Shown here in pieces: positions 8,713 to 19,617 of a stretch of DNA of 64,000 nucleotides. Below the pieces are notes generated by a model. That model had not been told where the DNA came from. It searched no databases and saw nothing but the letters and a program-made list of their open reading frames with translations. Where the stretch lies: NCBI GenBank assembly GCA_963827235.1, contig CAWHAE010000010.1, positions 640,001 through 704,000 on the forward strand. Reading direction: 5' to 3'. Each line of letters opens with the position of its first letter. Within the stretch, counting starts at the first letter, position 1. The translations under genes were made by a program, and so were the position numbers. Source of the DNA: an uncultured bacterium. Its GTDB lineage: Bacteria; Chloroflexota; UBA5177; JANWHV01.

Positions 8713-8907
8713 TGCACGATCTGCCTCGCCAGCGGGGAGCGATATATAGGGATGCGGCGTATGCCGCCGCAGTCGCATGGTACAGGATCCCGCTCCTGCG
8801 ACATGCTCTGTCCCGGGATGCAGCTAGGGCACTGCCAAGCGTCAAGCCTGAGGCTTCGACGCGAGGATCGGACGCGACTACGTGCGGTGCCCGGAGCGGA
8901 AGTACCG

Positions 8908-10302
8908 TCAGCGCGCGATCGCACGCGAATTGATGGGGTGTTCAGCCGACCTACCGGGAGCGGGGGCACCGAGACGCCAGATATCCGCACGGGAAGATTG
9001 CCGAGTGGCGCCCGTCGTGTCCACCAGGATCTGCGCGCCACGGGCAACCCGGGTGAAGTCGATCGCGCTGTGCGCTACCAGGACGACCACGGCATCCGCC
9101 TCACCCAGCTCTTCATCCGAGAGCGGCACGGATCGCAGGTCCGTGGATCCGTTCTTGCCGAACACCGTGCCGGAGACGCGAAACACCGGCACATGCGGAT
9201 CGTGGTAGCGTACGTCGGCACCCCGCGTGCGCAACAGCTCGATCACGCGCTGCGACGGCGAATTGCGCGCGTCGTCGACGTCGCGCTTGAACGCCACGCC
9301 CAGGGCCAGAATGCGCGAGCCGTTGACCGATCGCTGATGACTGTCCAGCGCCCTGGCGATCAGGTCGACGGTGTGGAACGGCATGTTGTCGTTCGTCTCC
9401 GCTGCCAGCTCCACGAACCGCGTGTAGAAGTCGAACTCGCGTGCCTTCCAGCTCAGGTAGAACGGATCGACCGGGATGCAGTGGCCGCCCACGCCCGGGC
9501 CGGGATAGAAGGGCATGAAGCCGAAGGGCTTCGTCGACGCGGCGTCGATCACTTCCCAGATGTCGAGTCCCATCCGCTCGGCCAGCATGGCCAGCTCGTT
9601 CACCAGCGCGATGTTCACGCTGCGAAAGGTGTTCTCCAGCAGCTTGGCCATCTCCGCCGCCCGGGCCGAGGACACGGCGTGCACTTTCCCCGGCGCCACA
9701 CTCTCGAACAGCAGCAAGGCCAACCGCCCGCCCTCGGGTCCGGCCCCGCCCACCACCTTGGTCACGGTACCGATGTCGTAGTGCGAATGGCCGGGGTCGA
9801 TGCGCTCGGGCGAGAAGGCAAGGAAGAAATCGCGCTCGTGCATGAGGTCGCCCGCCCCCTCCAGGATGGGAAGCACCAGCTCCCCCGTGGTGCCCGGGTA
9901 CGTCGTGCTCTCGAGCACCACGAGCTGGCCCGGTCGCAGCGCCGCGGCGATGGCGCGTGCGGCTTCCGTGATATAGCTCAGATCGGGCACCTTCAAGGTG
10001 GTGTACGGCGTGGGCACGCAGATGAACACCGCGTCCGGCGACGGGTCGAGCGCCTGATAGTCGGTGGTCGCCGACAGCTTGCCAACCTGCACCAGCGGCG
10101 CCAGACGGCTGGACGGCACGTCCGGAATGTAGCTCGTGCCGGCGCGCAGCGACTCGATCTTGGTCGTGTCCAGGTCGACACCGACCACGTGGTAGCCGGC
10201 CTCGGCGAACTCCGTTGCCAGGGGCAGCCCGACGTAGCCCAGGCCAATCACGCAGACCTGCGCCGTGCGCTCGCGGATGCGCCTCTCCAACTCGGTATTC
10301 AT
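8908..10302 (-). CDS. Nucleotide-sugar (UDP-GlcNAc-type) 6-dehydrogenase, WbpA/WecC family
   Basis: VIGLGYVGLPLA, ESTTYPGTT, FSPERIDPG, AEMAKLLENTFRSVNIA and PGPGVGGHCIPVDP motifs. Confidence 0.95.
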   Translation of the reverse strand: MNTELERRIRERTAQVCVIGLGYVGLPLATEFAEAGYHVVGVDLDTTKIESLRAGTSYIPDVPSSRLAPLVQVGKLSATTDYQALDPSPDAVFICVPTPYTTLKVPDLSYITEAARAIAAALRPGQLVVLESTTYPGTTGELVLPILEGAGDLMHERDFFLAFSPERIDPGHSHYDIGTVTKVVGGAGPEGGRLALLLFESVAPGKVHAVSSARAAEMAKLLENTFRSVNIALVNELAMLAERMGLDIWEVIDAASTKPFGFMPFYPGPGVGGHCIPVDPFYLSWKAREFDFYTRFVELAAETNDNMPFHTVDLIARALDSHQRSVNGSRILALGVAFKRDVDDARNSPSQRVIELLRTRGADVRYHDPHVPVFRVSGTVFGKNGSTDLRSVPLSDEELGEADAVVVLVAHSAIDFTRVARGAQILVDTTGATRQSSRADIWRLGAPAPGRSAEHPINSRAIAR

Positions 10303-10671
10303 ACAGGCTTAGCATGCACTACCGAGGCATGCGCTGGCAAGAGCCTCGGCCGATAAGAGCGCCCCCAATTGGTCCCGAACCACAACAGAGTTCCCGGATC
10401 AGCCTGTCTGGGAAGCTGGATGGAGTGTGACTATGTAGCCCACAGTGGGGGACGCAGAGCTTGCTTGCAGGAACGAGGAGAGCGAGCGACGCAGGGTCGA
10501 GGTCAGTCGCCAATCCGCCGACGATCGCCGGCTGCTTGGCCCTGGGGCTCGGCACCGCCTTGTCGCGAGAGTGCCTGCAGACGATCCACCTCGCGCCCGG
10601 CGCCACAGCCCGAAGCAGGCGCTGGACTGAGCGAAGTCGAACCGCCGCCAGCCAGTGCTACACCGCGCTTA

Positions 10672-11817
10672 TCACTTGTGCCGTCGTCTACGTCTAGCCA
10701 ACGCCTTCTCGTACACTGCTAGAGTCTCTTGCGCAGCACGTTCCCACGTGAAACGCTTTGCTCTCGCAAGGCCCTTCGAGCGCAGTTCTGCTGCGAGTGA
10801 AGGATTAGCGAGCACCTGGCTGATGGCGTCAGCGATGGCTCGCACGTCACCCGGGTCAACGGTCAGCGCGGCGTCCCCAACCGCCTCTGGCAGCGAGGAA
10901 ACGTTGGAGGTGACCACCGGAGTGCCACAGGCCATGGCTTCGAGCGGCGGCAGGCCGAAGCCTTCGAACAACGACGGAAAGACAAACACGTCAGCGGCGC
11001 TATAGAGAACGGGCAGGTCTTCGTCGGCCACATATCCTGTGAAAAGGACTCGCCCTTCAAGCCCAAGTCGCTCGAACGTCTCGTCTATCTCTCGCGTCTG
11101 CCACTGTCTCTTGCCGGCTATCACAAGCGTCACACTGGGATGACTTCGCTTGACCGCGGCGTAGGCCTCGTAGAGGCGTGCGATATTCTTCCGGGCATTG
11201 ATACCGCCCACGTACAGCAGGTACGGAGCAACTATGCCGTATCTTTGGAGGATTCGGCTAACCTCGCTGTTGTGTGTGACGGGTGCGAACCGTCGATCTA
11301 CTCCCGGATATATCACCTCGACACGGTCTTGCGCCACGTGAAGGCAGCGTGTGAGATCCCGCGCCGATGCTACGCTAATGGTGATAATTGCGTCTGCCAG
11401 TTTGGCGGCGTAGGGAAGGTGCCACCGATATCGCCAATTGTCGACAAGGTTGTGTGTTTCGGGACATGTGTAGGCGAAAGCGTCGAAAACAGTCGCAACT
11501 CTGGCGATGTTGCCGAACGGCCCGAAGAATGGTGCGAGGCCGTTGGGATCATGAAGAAGGTCAACACGGTAGTGCCGCGTGCGGAGCAGAAGCTGGAGGT
11601 TGCCGACCGTAAGGAGCGACGGCAGCAGTCCACTGAAGCCGAGCGGTCGACGCTCAAAGTGCGGCCATAGCCTCTGATGGTCCTCTCGTTCTGTCGTCAT
11701 AAGTATGAAGGAGGCGTTCCCGCTAGCGGACTGCATCGCCCGCAGCAGATCAACTGTGTAACGCCCGATTCCCGTGGGGCTACGGTCAAGTCCGTAGGTT
11801 ATGTATCCGATTCGCAA
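10672..11817 (-). CDS. Glycosyltransferase family 4
   Basis: FVFPSLFEGFGLPPLEAMACGTPVVTSN motif. Confidence 0.95.
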   Translation of the reverse strand: MRIGYITYGLDRSPTGIGRYTVDLLRAMQSASGNASFILMTTEREDHQRLWPHFERRPLGFSGLLPSLLTVGNLQLLLRTRHYRVDLLHDPNGLAPFFGPFGNIARVATVFDAFAYTCPETHNLVDNWRYRWHLPYAAKLADAIITISVASARDLTRCLHVAQDRVEVIYPGVDRRFAPVTHNSEVSRILQRYGIVAPYLLYVGGINARKNIARLYEAYAAVKRSHPSVTLVIAGKRQWQTREIDETFERLGLEGRVLFTGYVADEDLPVLYSAADVFVFPSLFEGFGLPPLEAMACGTPVVTSNVSSLPEAVGDAALTVDPGDVRAIADAISQVLANPSLAAELRSKGLARAKRFTWERAAQETLAVYEKALARRRRRHK

Positions 11818-11893
11818 CGTGAGGCTCCCCTCTCACTGGCTATGCGGCCGGACACTATGTGCGCTTTGGAGGATGAGGATCGGCGTGCCCCGC

Positions 11894-12805
11894 TCATTGC
11901 ACGTTGAGCCATAGTACCAGCTCGCGGTAGGGAGCCGGATGCCCATCGCGGAGAAGCAGGACGTCGATTTCCTGGTTTTGGCCCGCTCGATCCAGGTCAA
12001 TCCTGATGGGCTGTTGCAGTCCCTGGCCGTCTCTCAAGCGGAAACCGGCCGAGTGCTTGATAATCCTGCCGTCGTACCGGACCTCTATGCTGTAGCTGGC
12101 AGCTACGCCTTCCCGGTTGTTGACACCCAACATGATCGAGAAGTCTGCACCTCGAGCTACCGCCCGCGGGTAGTTCTCGGCGAGACCCTGCGCTCCCAGG
12201 GCGTAGAACTCGGTCAAGCGGTCTTGAGGGCCGGGTGTGACCGCCACGTACACGGAGTAGGCAACCATGGCCAGCGCAATGATGCCGGCCAGGATGACGA
12301 CTCGACTACCATGATCCATCTTGGCCCACCACGTTGCCGGTGCAACCGCGGGGACAAGCCGGGGGCGGATGCGCACCCCAACCGCAGCATTGCCCGATAG
12401 CCGCTTTCGCCGAACGGCGGCAATGCCGGCAGTGACCAGAAGCCAGACCGACAGCGAAAGGGTAATCGGCCACGGTCTGATGCCCCACGGCATGAAATTA
12501 AGGAACAGCGCGAGCAACGGAACCACGGCGAGGCTCAAGCCAAAGCTAATACCCACTCGCGCCGGCCCATCAATGTCATCGGCCCTGACAAACACGGCAG
12601 CCGCCAAACCATAGCCCGGAGCAAACAAGACCGCCAACAGCCCGACCGGTATGGACAAAACAGGTATCGACAACGGCATCAGCGCTGGGAGCGCCAACGC
12701 AAGCAAGCCAAGCGCGAGCAGGTCGTGCACGCCGCTGGAGGGGCGATGCACAGCACCGTTACCGGCATCAGCATTCTGTTCAGCGGATGATCCGGTTAGC
12801 GACAT
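11894..12805 (-). CDS. DUF1616-domain membrane protein
   Basis: LFAPGYGLAAAVF, SFGLSLAVVPL, PWGIR, TEFYALGAQGLAENYP and PYRELVLWLNV motifs. Confidence 0.85.
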   Translation of the reverse strand: MSLTGSSAEQNADAGNGAVHRPSSGVHDLLALGLLALALPALMPLSIPVLSIPVGLLAVLFAPGYGLAAAVFVRADDIDGPARVGISFGLSLAVVPLLALFLNFMPWGIRPWPITLSLSVWLLVTAGIAAVRRKRLSGNAAVGVRIRPRLVPAVAPATWWAKMDHGSRVVILAGIIALAMVAYSVYVAVTPGPQDRLTEFYALGAQGLAENYPRAVARGADFSIMLGVNNREGVAASYSIEVRYDGRIIKHSAGFRLRDGQGLQQPIRIDLDRAGQNQEIDVLLLRDGHPAPYRELVLWLNVQ

Positions 12806-14031
12806 GCTGCGTCATGCCTTTGGCGTCGCCTGGCTCGCTCTAGCACGCTCTGGTAGACGTCCATTATCTGTCCAGCCGCGCGGGACCAGGTGAACTGAGC
12901 CGCTTGTTCCAGACCATGTTGACGCAACGCTGCTTGCAGGCTTCCGTCGTCTGCAAGGACCTTTTCAATCGCGGCGGCAAGTTCAGCCACGTCATACGGA
13001 TCTACAAGTAGACCGGCGTGACCTACTACCTCGGGCAGCGACGACGCCCTGGAAGCCACAACCGGCGTGCCACATGACATTGCTTCCAGTGCGGGCAATC
13101 CAAACCCCTCATAGAGGGAAGGAAATACAAACACCTTTGCTATGTTGTAGAAATGCACCAGGTCGATATCACTAACTTGATCGATGAAGTCGACTTTTCC
13201 CATGAGTCCCGATCGTCCAATGTGGTCCATCAGTTGCCGGCGCTCTGCTTCGAACTGAGCCGCCCCAACCTTCAGCAATCGGGCCTCCGGCCACCGGGCA
13301 GCCACTCTGACAAACGCATCGATCAAGCGGCGCAAGTTCTTTCGCGGATCTTCGGAGCCGACGTAGAGGACATAGGGCACGCCTGGCTGGAGACCGTATC
13401 GCACGTAGAACTGATCGGGTACCACCATCGGCTTGAACAGTGCTTCGTCCACTCCGTTATGCACCACGTGGATGCGAGAGGCGGGATAACCCAAGAGCCC
13501 GATGACATCTCTACGCGTGCATTCTGAGCAAGCGACGATAGCCGACGCCTTCCTCAGCCCTGCCGCCATCAGGCTTACGGCCACTCTATCATAGAACTTC
13601 ATGTAACCCGTCAGCGCGGGTTCGTTTCGAAATTTGAGATGAATTACATCATGCACGGTGATGACGGTCCGACTGCCTCTCTGACGCAATGCGATACCGG
13701 TTGCCAGATTCTGGCTGGCAAGATGCAGTATGCCGCAGCTTGGCTCGTCCGGCACTACGATGGGATAGGTAGCAAAGAATCGATCCAGATTAAGGCCATG
13801 TGCTTGTGCTCCGCGAGCCAGCCAGGCAGGAACTGGTGGGCGAGCACTTTCCACAATGTTGACGCGTGCACCGAGGAATGACAGTGCCGCTTTCAGATCT
13901 GATGCGTAACGAGATAAGCCAGTCAGACTGCCACTCGCACCGACCATCAAGCTGACGTTGGTATTCTTCTCGACCTCATACGGCTGCATACCTCGGTATT
14001 CCTTCCGCGGCCCCTCCAGTCGCCGTTTCAC
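12796..14031 (-). CDS. Glycosyltransferase family 4
   Basis: [10 protein letters not shown] and [25 protein letters not shown] motifs. Exact start uncertain. Confidence 0.93.
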   Translation of the reverse strand: MKRRLEGPRKEYRGMQPYEVEKNTNVSLMVGASGSLTGLSRYASDLKAALSFLGARVNIVESARPPVPAWLARGAQAHGLNLDRFFATYPIVVPDEPSCGILHLASQNLATGIALRQRGSRTVITVHDVIHLKFRNEPALTGYMKFYDRVAVSLMAAGLRKASAIVACSECTRRDVIGLLGYPASRIHVVHNGVDEALFKPMVVPDQFYVRYGLQPGVPYVLYVGSEDPRKNLRRLIDAFVRVAARWPEARLLKVGAAQFEAERRQLMDHIGRSGLMGKVDFIDQVSDIDLVHFYNIAKVFVFPSLYEGFGLPALEAMSCGTPVVASRASSLPEVVGHAGLLVDPYDVAELAAAIEKVLADDGSLQAALRQHGLEQAAQFTWSRAAGQIMDVYQSVLERARRRQRHDAACR

Positions 14032-14129
14032 ATCCGCCTAGTCTTTCGGCATGTGGGCAGCGCACCTATCATCGAGTACGAGCCCTCATATTGCCGCACT
14101 GGCGCCGGGTAGCAAGTACACCGCTCCTA

Positions 14130-15533
14130 TCAGCGTTCGTCAGTGGATGAGTTCTCTCGAATGGTGCGGGTGCCGGGGTAATATACTGTCTCCGCTATCT
14201 TCCTAACGACAGAGCTCCAGCTCAGATTGTCCATAGCGTACTGCTTCGTGAACGGGCGAAGGTCGCGCAGAGCCCCTGGATCCGCTGCAACTTGTCGCAG
14301 AATCTGGGCCAAGCCGCCAAAGTCGCCCGCATCGAAGAGATACCCGGAACGTCCGGGAACAACGTGGTCTTTGGCGCCAGCGATGCGGCTACCTATGACC
14401 GGAGTACCGCAAATCATGGCCTCTGGGATGACCCTGCCGAAGCCTTCCGCGTAGCTTGGCAGAAGCAGAGCGTCGGCTGCGGAATACCACACCGAAAGGT
14501 CTGACTGTGCCAGCCAGTCAGACTGGGATACGATATCGCCCACGCCCGTCTTGCCGATAGTAGCTGCAACCGCCTTGGTCTGAGGGCCCTTGCCGAACAT
14601 CTGCACCTTGACCCTACCCTTCCGCAGTTCCACCTTGCAGCGTTCCACCGTCTCGACCAGTTCGACCACCGCCTTCTCCCGCGAAAGGCGCCCGACGTAC
14701 AGAAGGAGCGTGCTATCTTCCGGAATATGCAGTGTCGCCTTTGCGCCGGGAACCTCGTAAAAGCGCCGAGGATCGACACCATATGGTATCTCGTAGATCA
14801 GCTCTTCTGGACTGCCCGTCTCGTGCCAGGCCTGCACCATCTCGTGGCTAGTAGCAATAACCCGTGTGCCCGTAGTCGCCGTCTTGCGTGCTGCCCACTT
14901 AAGACACTGAGTGTAGAAGAAGGAGTAGGGATTGCCGCTCTGGTGCTGCAGTTTGTGGAATATATTGCCCGGAACGGTCAGGACGCAAAGGGCCGACTTC
15001 TTCTTCGCCGGCGCCAGCGGCTTGCCGGCTGCAAGACGCTGAAAGATATTGCCGGGAACGGTGAGGACGCGAATGGATCTATTAGTCTTCGACGGGGCTG
15101 AACTCACTGTGCCTGCAAACCGATCAACTAATGCGCGCATTCGGCTCGGAGCTCCGTCAGCTACCTCGCTGCGAAAGAGCGAGTTATACACCGCGGTAGA
15201 CACATACTCGGGCGCGTGGACGATATCCGGGCTGAGCTGATGGGCCACTCTGGCCATTCGCAGGCAGATCCAAAGATGGCCGACGAACCAGCGATAGCCG
15301 GTAGGCGGTACCTTTATGGTATGCACCCGTACGCGCTGATCAGGCACCAGTTCCTGCGCATACGGCCCGACTACATGCACGTCGTGGCCGAGCTCAACAA
15401 GCTCACTGGCCATGTCCCAAACAACATCGGACAAGCCAATCCGGCCCGGTTTGTCCAACTCCAGAATGTAATCGAGAAAGACAATCACGAGCCTTGGCTT
15501 TGGAATATCTGTCAGCCCCACTGTTGGCCTCAT
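14130..15533 (-). CDS. Glycosyltransferase family 4 with an internal duplicated segment
   Basis: YVGRLSREK and PSYAEGFGRVIPEAMICGTPVI motifs; VLTVPGNIF occurs twice. Confidence 0.9.
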   Translation of the reverse strand: MRPTVGLTDIPKPRLVIVFLDYILELDKPGRIGLSDVVWDMASELVELGHDVHVVGPYAQELVPDQRVRVHTIKVPPTGYRWFVGHLWICLRMARVAHQLSPDIVHAPEYVSTAVYNSLFRSEVADGAPSRMRALVDRFAGTVSSAPSKTNRSIRVLTVPGNIFQRLAAGKPLAPAKKKSALCVLTVPGNIFHKLQHQSGNPYSFFYTQCLKWAARKTATTGTRVIATSHEMVQAWHETGSPEELIYEIPYGVDPRRFYEVPGAKATLHIPEDSTLLLYVGRLSREKAVVELVETVERCKVELRKGRVKVQMFGKGPQTKAVAATIGKTGVGDIVSQSDWLAQSDLSVWYSAADALLLPSYAEGFGRVIPEAMICGTPVIGSRIAGAKDHVVPGRSGYLFDAGDFGGLAQILRQVAADPGALRDLRPFTKQYAMDNLSWSSVVRKIAETVYYPGTRTIRENSSTDER

Positions 15534-17167
15534 TTCTGAAAGGGATTCTGCGGTCTCAACCTGTACACCTGCGCCTCACCGTTATCGTATATCCGAAGCG
15601 CATCAGGTGGTAGAGGAAGCGCTACACCGAGACGAAGTGATTGCTGCCGAATGACATCCGACACGACTAGCGTGCGCATAAATGGGCGAAGTACGAAGCC
15701 GCTTATGCGATTTCCGTTTACCCAATCACCTTCAACCGTTTCAAATGCCGTTGCGAGCCGCTCATCAAAGCCAGCCCATATCTCCTCCCCCGATAGGCGG
15801 TGAACAGCCCAAACCATGGCCGACACTTCCGGATGTACATAGAAAATCCACTTGTTGCTGACCACTGGTTCGGCCGTCGCCTTGAACGTGGAGAGCACTG
15901 TCAGGCCAAGAAGAGTGCACGCGCCTAATGCTTGCACTGGGCGCCTGACTAATGCAGCCGAGGGCACTCTCATATCAGTCCACGCGGCAGCAACCAACGC
16001 AACGCCAAAGATAGAAACGGACGGGAAGACTCGTTCCTGCAGATTCCCGATCGAGCCGGATATATCCGCCACAGCCGACACTAACCCCTGTATGGCGAAA
16101 GATGCATAGAATAGCCAGAGGTACCAAGCTGCGTCACGCTTTGGCGCGTAACCCTTCACAATCCAAATCCACCCTTGGCGGACCCAGAGTGAAAACGAAA
16201 GCACCAAGATTATCCAGTCCGCTGCGGACACGGTGAAGTAAACAGGGAGATTAATCCACGCTCCTGATACCTGGGTATACGCTCCAGTCGTTGCACCGCT
16301 ATGGCTAAAGTCAAAAAGTAGTACGGCAATTTGCGAGAGAACGTTCTTTAGCAAGGAGATATCCGTAACTGCGGGAGGATACGCGTAGTACGTGAAGAAG
16401 AATCCAAGGATAAGCAGCGTAATGACCCAGTACGAGGCGCGCTGAAGTACACGTGCCGGATTGGAGCCAATATGTGGCCTGTATTTCGCTATTGAAGCAC
16501 CGAGAAGCAGAGAAAGAAGTAGTGCCATTGTGAATGACTGCCCGATAAGATTGTTGCTTGCAATCATGGAGAACGCCGCTACATAGAACAGAATGCCGTA
16601 GCTTGCAGACAGGTATGGCCGATCTCGCACCTTCAAGACGCGAACAAGCCAGTAGAGGCAGAGCAGCAGTAACGACCGCGTGAACTTCTCATGTGAGCTT
16701 CGAAGGATAACGAACAGGAACTCAGGTTGTGCGAATAGCAAGGATGTAGCTATGGCTGCCCCCCACGCACTGCCGACCAACTCGCGGTAAAGCAGCCAGG
16801 CGGGAAGAACAACAAACGCTGCCAGGAGCGGATACACAACCTGCTGGAGCGTAGTTACGCTGAGTCGAGTGACGCCCAAGATGTACGTCGATACTGCCTG
16901 AAACGCGAACCCATTTGGATAGGCTCCCGTTCCGTTGGCGTCTGCCGCTATCAGACGGCCCGTGTGCGCTACGGGACGGATGTAGAGACTGAACAAAGCA
17001 CTGTCGCTCTCGCTCCACGCACCACCATATCGCAGAATGAAGTACGAACCGATCGCCAGGACCAAGACGAACGGCACAAGGAGCATCAACCAGGTGCTGT
17101 CTGGCGCCGTCGGTGGTGTGCCTTGTGCGTCTGCCGCCTGCGCTCTGCTACTAGTCTTGAGATTCAT
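15530..17167 (-). CDS. Polytopic membrane protein, GT-C/polymerase-like
   Basis: About 11-13 hydrophobic segments, an acidic ESD motif after TM1 and a soluble C-terminal domain; translationally coupled within the glycan operon. Confidence 0.7.
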   Translation of the reverse strand: MNLKTSSRAQAADAQGTPPTAPDSTWLMLLVPFVLVLAIGSYFILRYGGAWSESDSALFSLYIRPVAHTGRLIAADANGTGAYPNGFAFQAVSTYILGVTRLSVTTLQQVVYPLLAAFVVLPAWLLYRELVGSAWGAAIATSLLFAQPEFLFVILRSSHEKFTRSLLLLCLYWLVRVLKVRDRPYLSASYGILFYVAAFSMIASNNLIGQSFTMALLLSLLLGASIAKYRPHIGSNPARVLQRASYWVITLLILGFFFTYYAYPPAVTDISLLKNVLSQIAVLLFDFSHSGATTGAYTQVSGAWINLPVYFTVSAADWIILVLSFSLWVRQGWIWIVKGYAPKRDAAWYLWLFYASFAIQGLVSAVADISGSIGNLQERVFPSVSIFGVALVAAAWTDMRVPSAALVRRPVQALGACTLLGLTVLSTFKATAEPVVSNKWIFYVHPEVSAMVWAVHRLSGEEIWAGFDERLATAFETVEGDWVNGNRISGFVLRPFMRTLVVSDVIRQQSLRLGVALPLPPDALRIYDNGEAQVYRLRPQNPFQK

Positions 17168-19617
17168 CGACTTCGTCCTTGATCATGGGCGTAGGTCCGT
17201 GCTAGGAGCCCAACGATTGCCAGCACTGCCACGACTGCCAGGAGAGAAACAGCCGTAAGTGTTGACTGTACAGAGCCACCCGCGTTCAGCACCACATTTA
17301 TCGTCGATGCATCCGGTGCGATCACTCTGATCTGGGCTCCAGAATACGAGAACACTCCGCCGCCCGGGAGCCGCAGCTTCGGCATCACCGCCCAGGTTCC
17401 TGCTTCAGGCGGCGCCCACTGCATCGTAACCTCGGAGTGCTGACCGCCGAGCAACGCAACCGTACGCGTCGCCACTTTCGTGTCTGCTTCGCCGGCCAGA
17501 CCCGCCCACAGCTCAAGCGTTGCGTCGGAAACATCTTGCAGCCCGAAGTTGTGCAACACGATCGGAATCAGGTTTGGCTGCAACTGCTGCAGCGTAAGCA
17601 TCTTTTGGGCGATTGTTGCAGACAGAACGGGCGGCGTAAGAGGTTGTGTGGCCATTCTCCCGTTGTACTTCAGAAGGAAGTCGCCGGCATGGACGTGGCC
17701 GAGAAGGTGAGTAAGCCTACCACCAATCTGGAAACCAGGCTTCAGATGAAGGGTAAACTGAAACCCCCCGGTCCATGCTCTCACGCTATCAATGCTCGCG
17801 CTCGTGAGAGTCAGCTCAGCACCGGGTGAATTGTCGATCCAAGTTGCCATCTCAACTGAGTCGCGCGGCGTTCCGGCGTAGTGCCGCAGCCGGGCACCCA
17901 AGGAATTCCAGCTAGCACTATCCGTCGGGGGGCTCGCTTCGAAAAGTGCAGGTCTGTATGGCGATTCCTTTACCTGAACGCCATTCGCTCCGGCGTAGAT
18001 CAGAAAACCATCCAGGGCGTATAGCTGCTGTAATGGTTTGCCGGACGCTGTGTAGCCGCGCGCGGTCGACTCCGGAAGAGGGACGCGCGCACCTTTCTCC
18101 AGGGTCCAGCTGTCGATATACGGACTGCCTGCCAGATTATGCAGCGTGATGACCTGTCCGTCCCCGAGGTCCCATATGCCCCCGTCAGCATCCAAGAGGT
18201 GAAGCCGGTCGTCAACCGGGCTAAAGTAGAGTCTGGGCGGGCTGTCGCTGGACACTCGATACTCGCTACGCAGGCCCGCCTGCGCTATCTGGTACGAGTC
18301 CGTGCGGGGCGCATCCTCCCATCCCAGCAAATAGGCCGGTCCGGCGTCGTGGCTCGAATACTCATAGATGCCCTCATTGGAGACATAGTTCGTACCGTCC
18401 GTAGCGACGAACGTCACGATGGGCCAGCTTCTGTTGACAACCCAGGCAGGATACGTGTCATAACTCGGAGCCTCTGCTTTCAGCGCGCCTCCGGCAAGCG
18501 ATGTGACGGTTGTGAAAGGATTGGTGCCCATGACATCGACTTTGTACTCCATGTCTTCATAGGCTGGTTTCTCCGCCCAGGAGTAGCGAATCCATTCAAT
18601 ATCCGAAGGAGTTGCCACCTGGTACTGGGGGTAGAAGAAATTCGTTGTCCACTCATCCAGAGCAGGATAATGCTCGGTGCGAACTATCAGGTCTGGGTAA
18701 GGCACGTTGTGCCCAGATAGATCGTAGAATGCAAAGGGCGCTTCAAAGTCAACGCGATTGACAATCCGGGGATCAAGGCTACTGAGTGTGTAGAGCGCGT
18801 AACTGCAGGCTTGATTCCGAACCGTAACTAGCTCAGAAAAGTAGACAATCATGCCGTGCTGCCAATCCACGCCGATTGGCGGTGAATACAGTCCCACCAC
18901 CTGCTCGTACCCTTGTGCAGTTGCAATGTAGGGCCACAAGGGCGAGACACTCCGCACTATTCGTCGGGGTCGGGCACACTTGCTCTCCGCGTAGTTCGTC
19001 CGAAAGTACGCGCTACCCTCAAAAGGAGGTATGAGACTGCGCCATTCCCAAAGAGGAATCCCAGTGTGTTTCGGGTCACGGACCGTTATGTCGACTGCAG
19101 GTTCACCGGGACTCACTCGTGAGGGCCATCCGCCAAACCGGAACTCTTGGGGGTCGTACGAGGCGCCCCACATCGAATACATCGGCCCGTATATCCGGAT
19201 GTTGAGGTTGTAGCTGGGCTTCCCATCTCGCACCCACCATCCATCCTCAGTCTGGATCGTGATGGCGAGGTCATACTGGGGACCAACCTCCAGCGTTTCT
19301 TGACTCACCGTGGTTGGCAGAGTGGCGCTGCCCGGAAATGGCTGATAGACCTGGGCGAGCGCGACGCTCGCACCGATCTTCTTGCTCAGACGGACTGCAA
19401 GCGTCGGGTGATCAGGGCCCCGGCTCTCAAGATAATAGAGAAGTACGCCCTGCCCGGCGGCCCCGGCCGTCAGTTGCTCCAACGTCGCTCCGCTTTCGCT
19501 GACATAGCGCGTCAATACCCGGTCCGGGCCTACACTGGCCCGGGAAGTATTGCCAGCTATCGTGCAAACCCAGCAGCACCCGCATGCAACCGCAAGGCCG
19601 TACAGGAGTCGTCTCAT
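17164..19617 (-). CDS. Large exported protein with a C-terminal CARDB/Ig-like domain and TM anchor
   Basis: N-terminal signal-like segment; LHNFGLQDVSDATLELWAG...VTMQWAPPEAGTW (CARDB-like); hydrophobic tail followed by a short basic end. Confidence 0.75.
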   Translation of the reverse strand: MRRLLYGLAVACGCCWVCTIAGNTSRASVGPDRVLTRYVSESGATLEQLTAGAAGQGVLLYYLESRGPDHPTLAVRLSKKIGASVALAQVYQPFPGSATLPTTVSQETLEVGPQYDLAITIQTEDGWWVRDGKPSYNLNIRIYGPMYSMWGASYDPQEFRFGGWPSRVSPGEPAVDITVRDPKHTGIPLWEWRSLIPPFEGSAYFRTNYAESKCARPRRIVRSVSPLWPYIATAQGYEQVVGLYSPPIGVDWQHGMIVYFSELVTVRNQACSYALYTLSSLDPRIVNRVDFEAPFAFYDLSGHNVPYPDLIVRTEHYPALDEWTTNFFYPQYQVATPSDIEWIRYSWAEKPAYEDMEYKVDVMGTNPFTTVTSLAGGALKAEAPSYDTYPAWVVNRSWPIVTFVATDGTNYVSNEGIYEYSSHDAGPAYLLGWEDAPRTDSYQIAQAGLRSEYRVSSDSPPRLYFSPVDDRLHLLDADGGIWDLGDGQVITLHNLAGSPYIDSWTLEKGARVPLPESTARGYTASGKPLQQLYALDGFLIYAGANGVQVKESPYRPALFEASPPTDSASWNSLGARLRHYAGTPRDSVEMATWIDNSPGAELTLTSASIDSVRAWTGGFQFTLHLKPGFQIGGRLTHLLGHVHAGDFLLKYNGRMATQPLTPPVLSATIAQKMLTLQQLQPNLIPIVLHNFGLQDVSDATLELWAGLAGEADTKVATRTVALLGGQHSEVTMQWAPPEAGTWAVMPKLRLPGGGVFSYSGAQIRVIAPDASTINVVLNAGGSVQSTLTAVSLLAVVAVLAIVGLLARTYAHDQGRSR

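Noticed and set aside
7732-10356. Very long antisense or alternate-frame ORFs (874 aa here; also 4776-6638, 32414-35011, 34947-37811, 35405-38161, 41579-43567, 45321-47321)
   Set aside because: They are Arg/Ala/Gly-rich shadows of well-supported genes, expected in high-GC DNA, and have no recognisable motifs.
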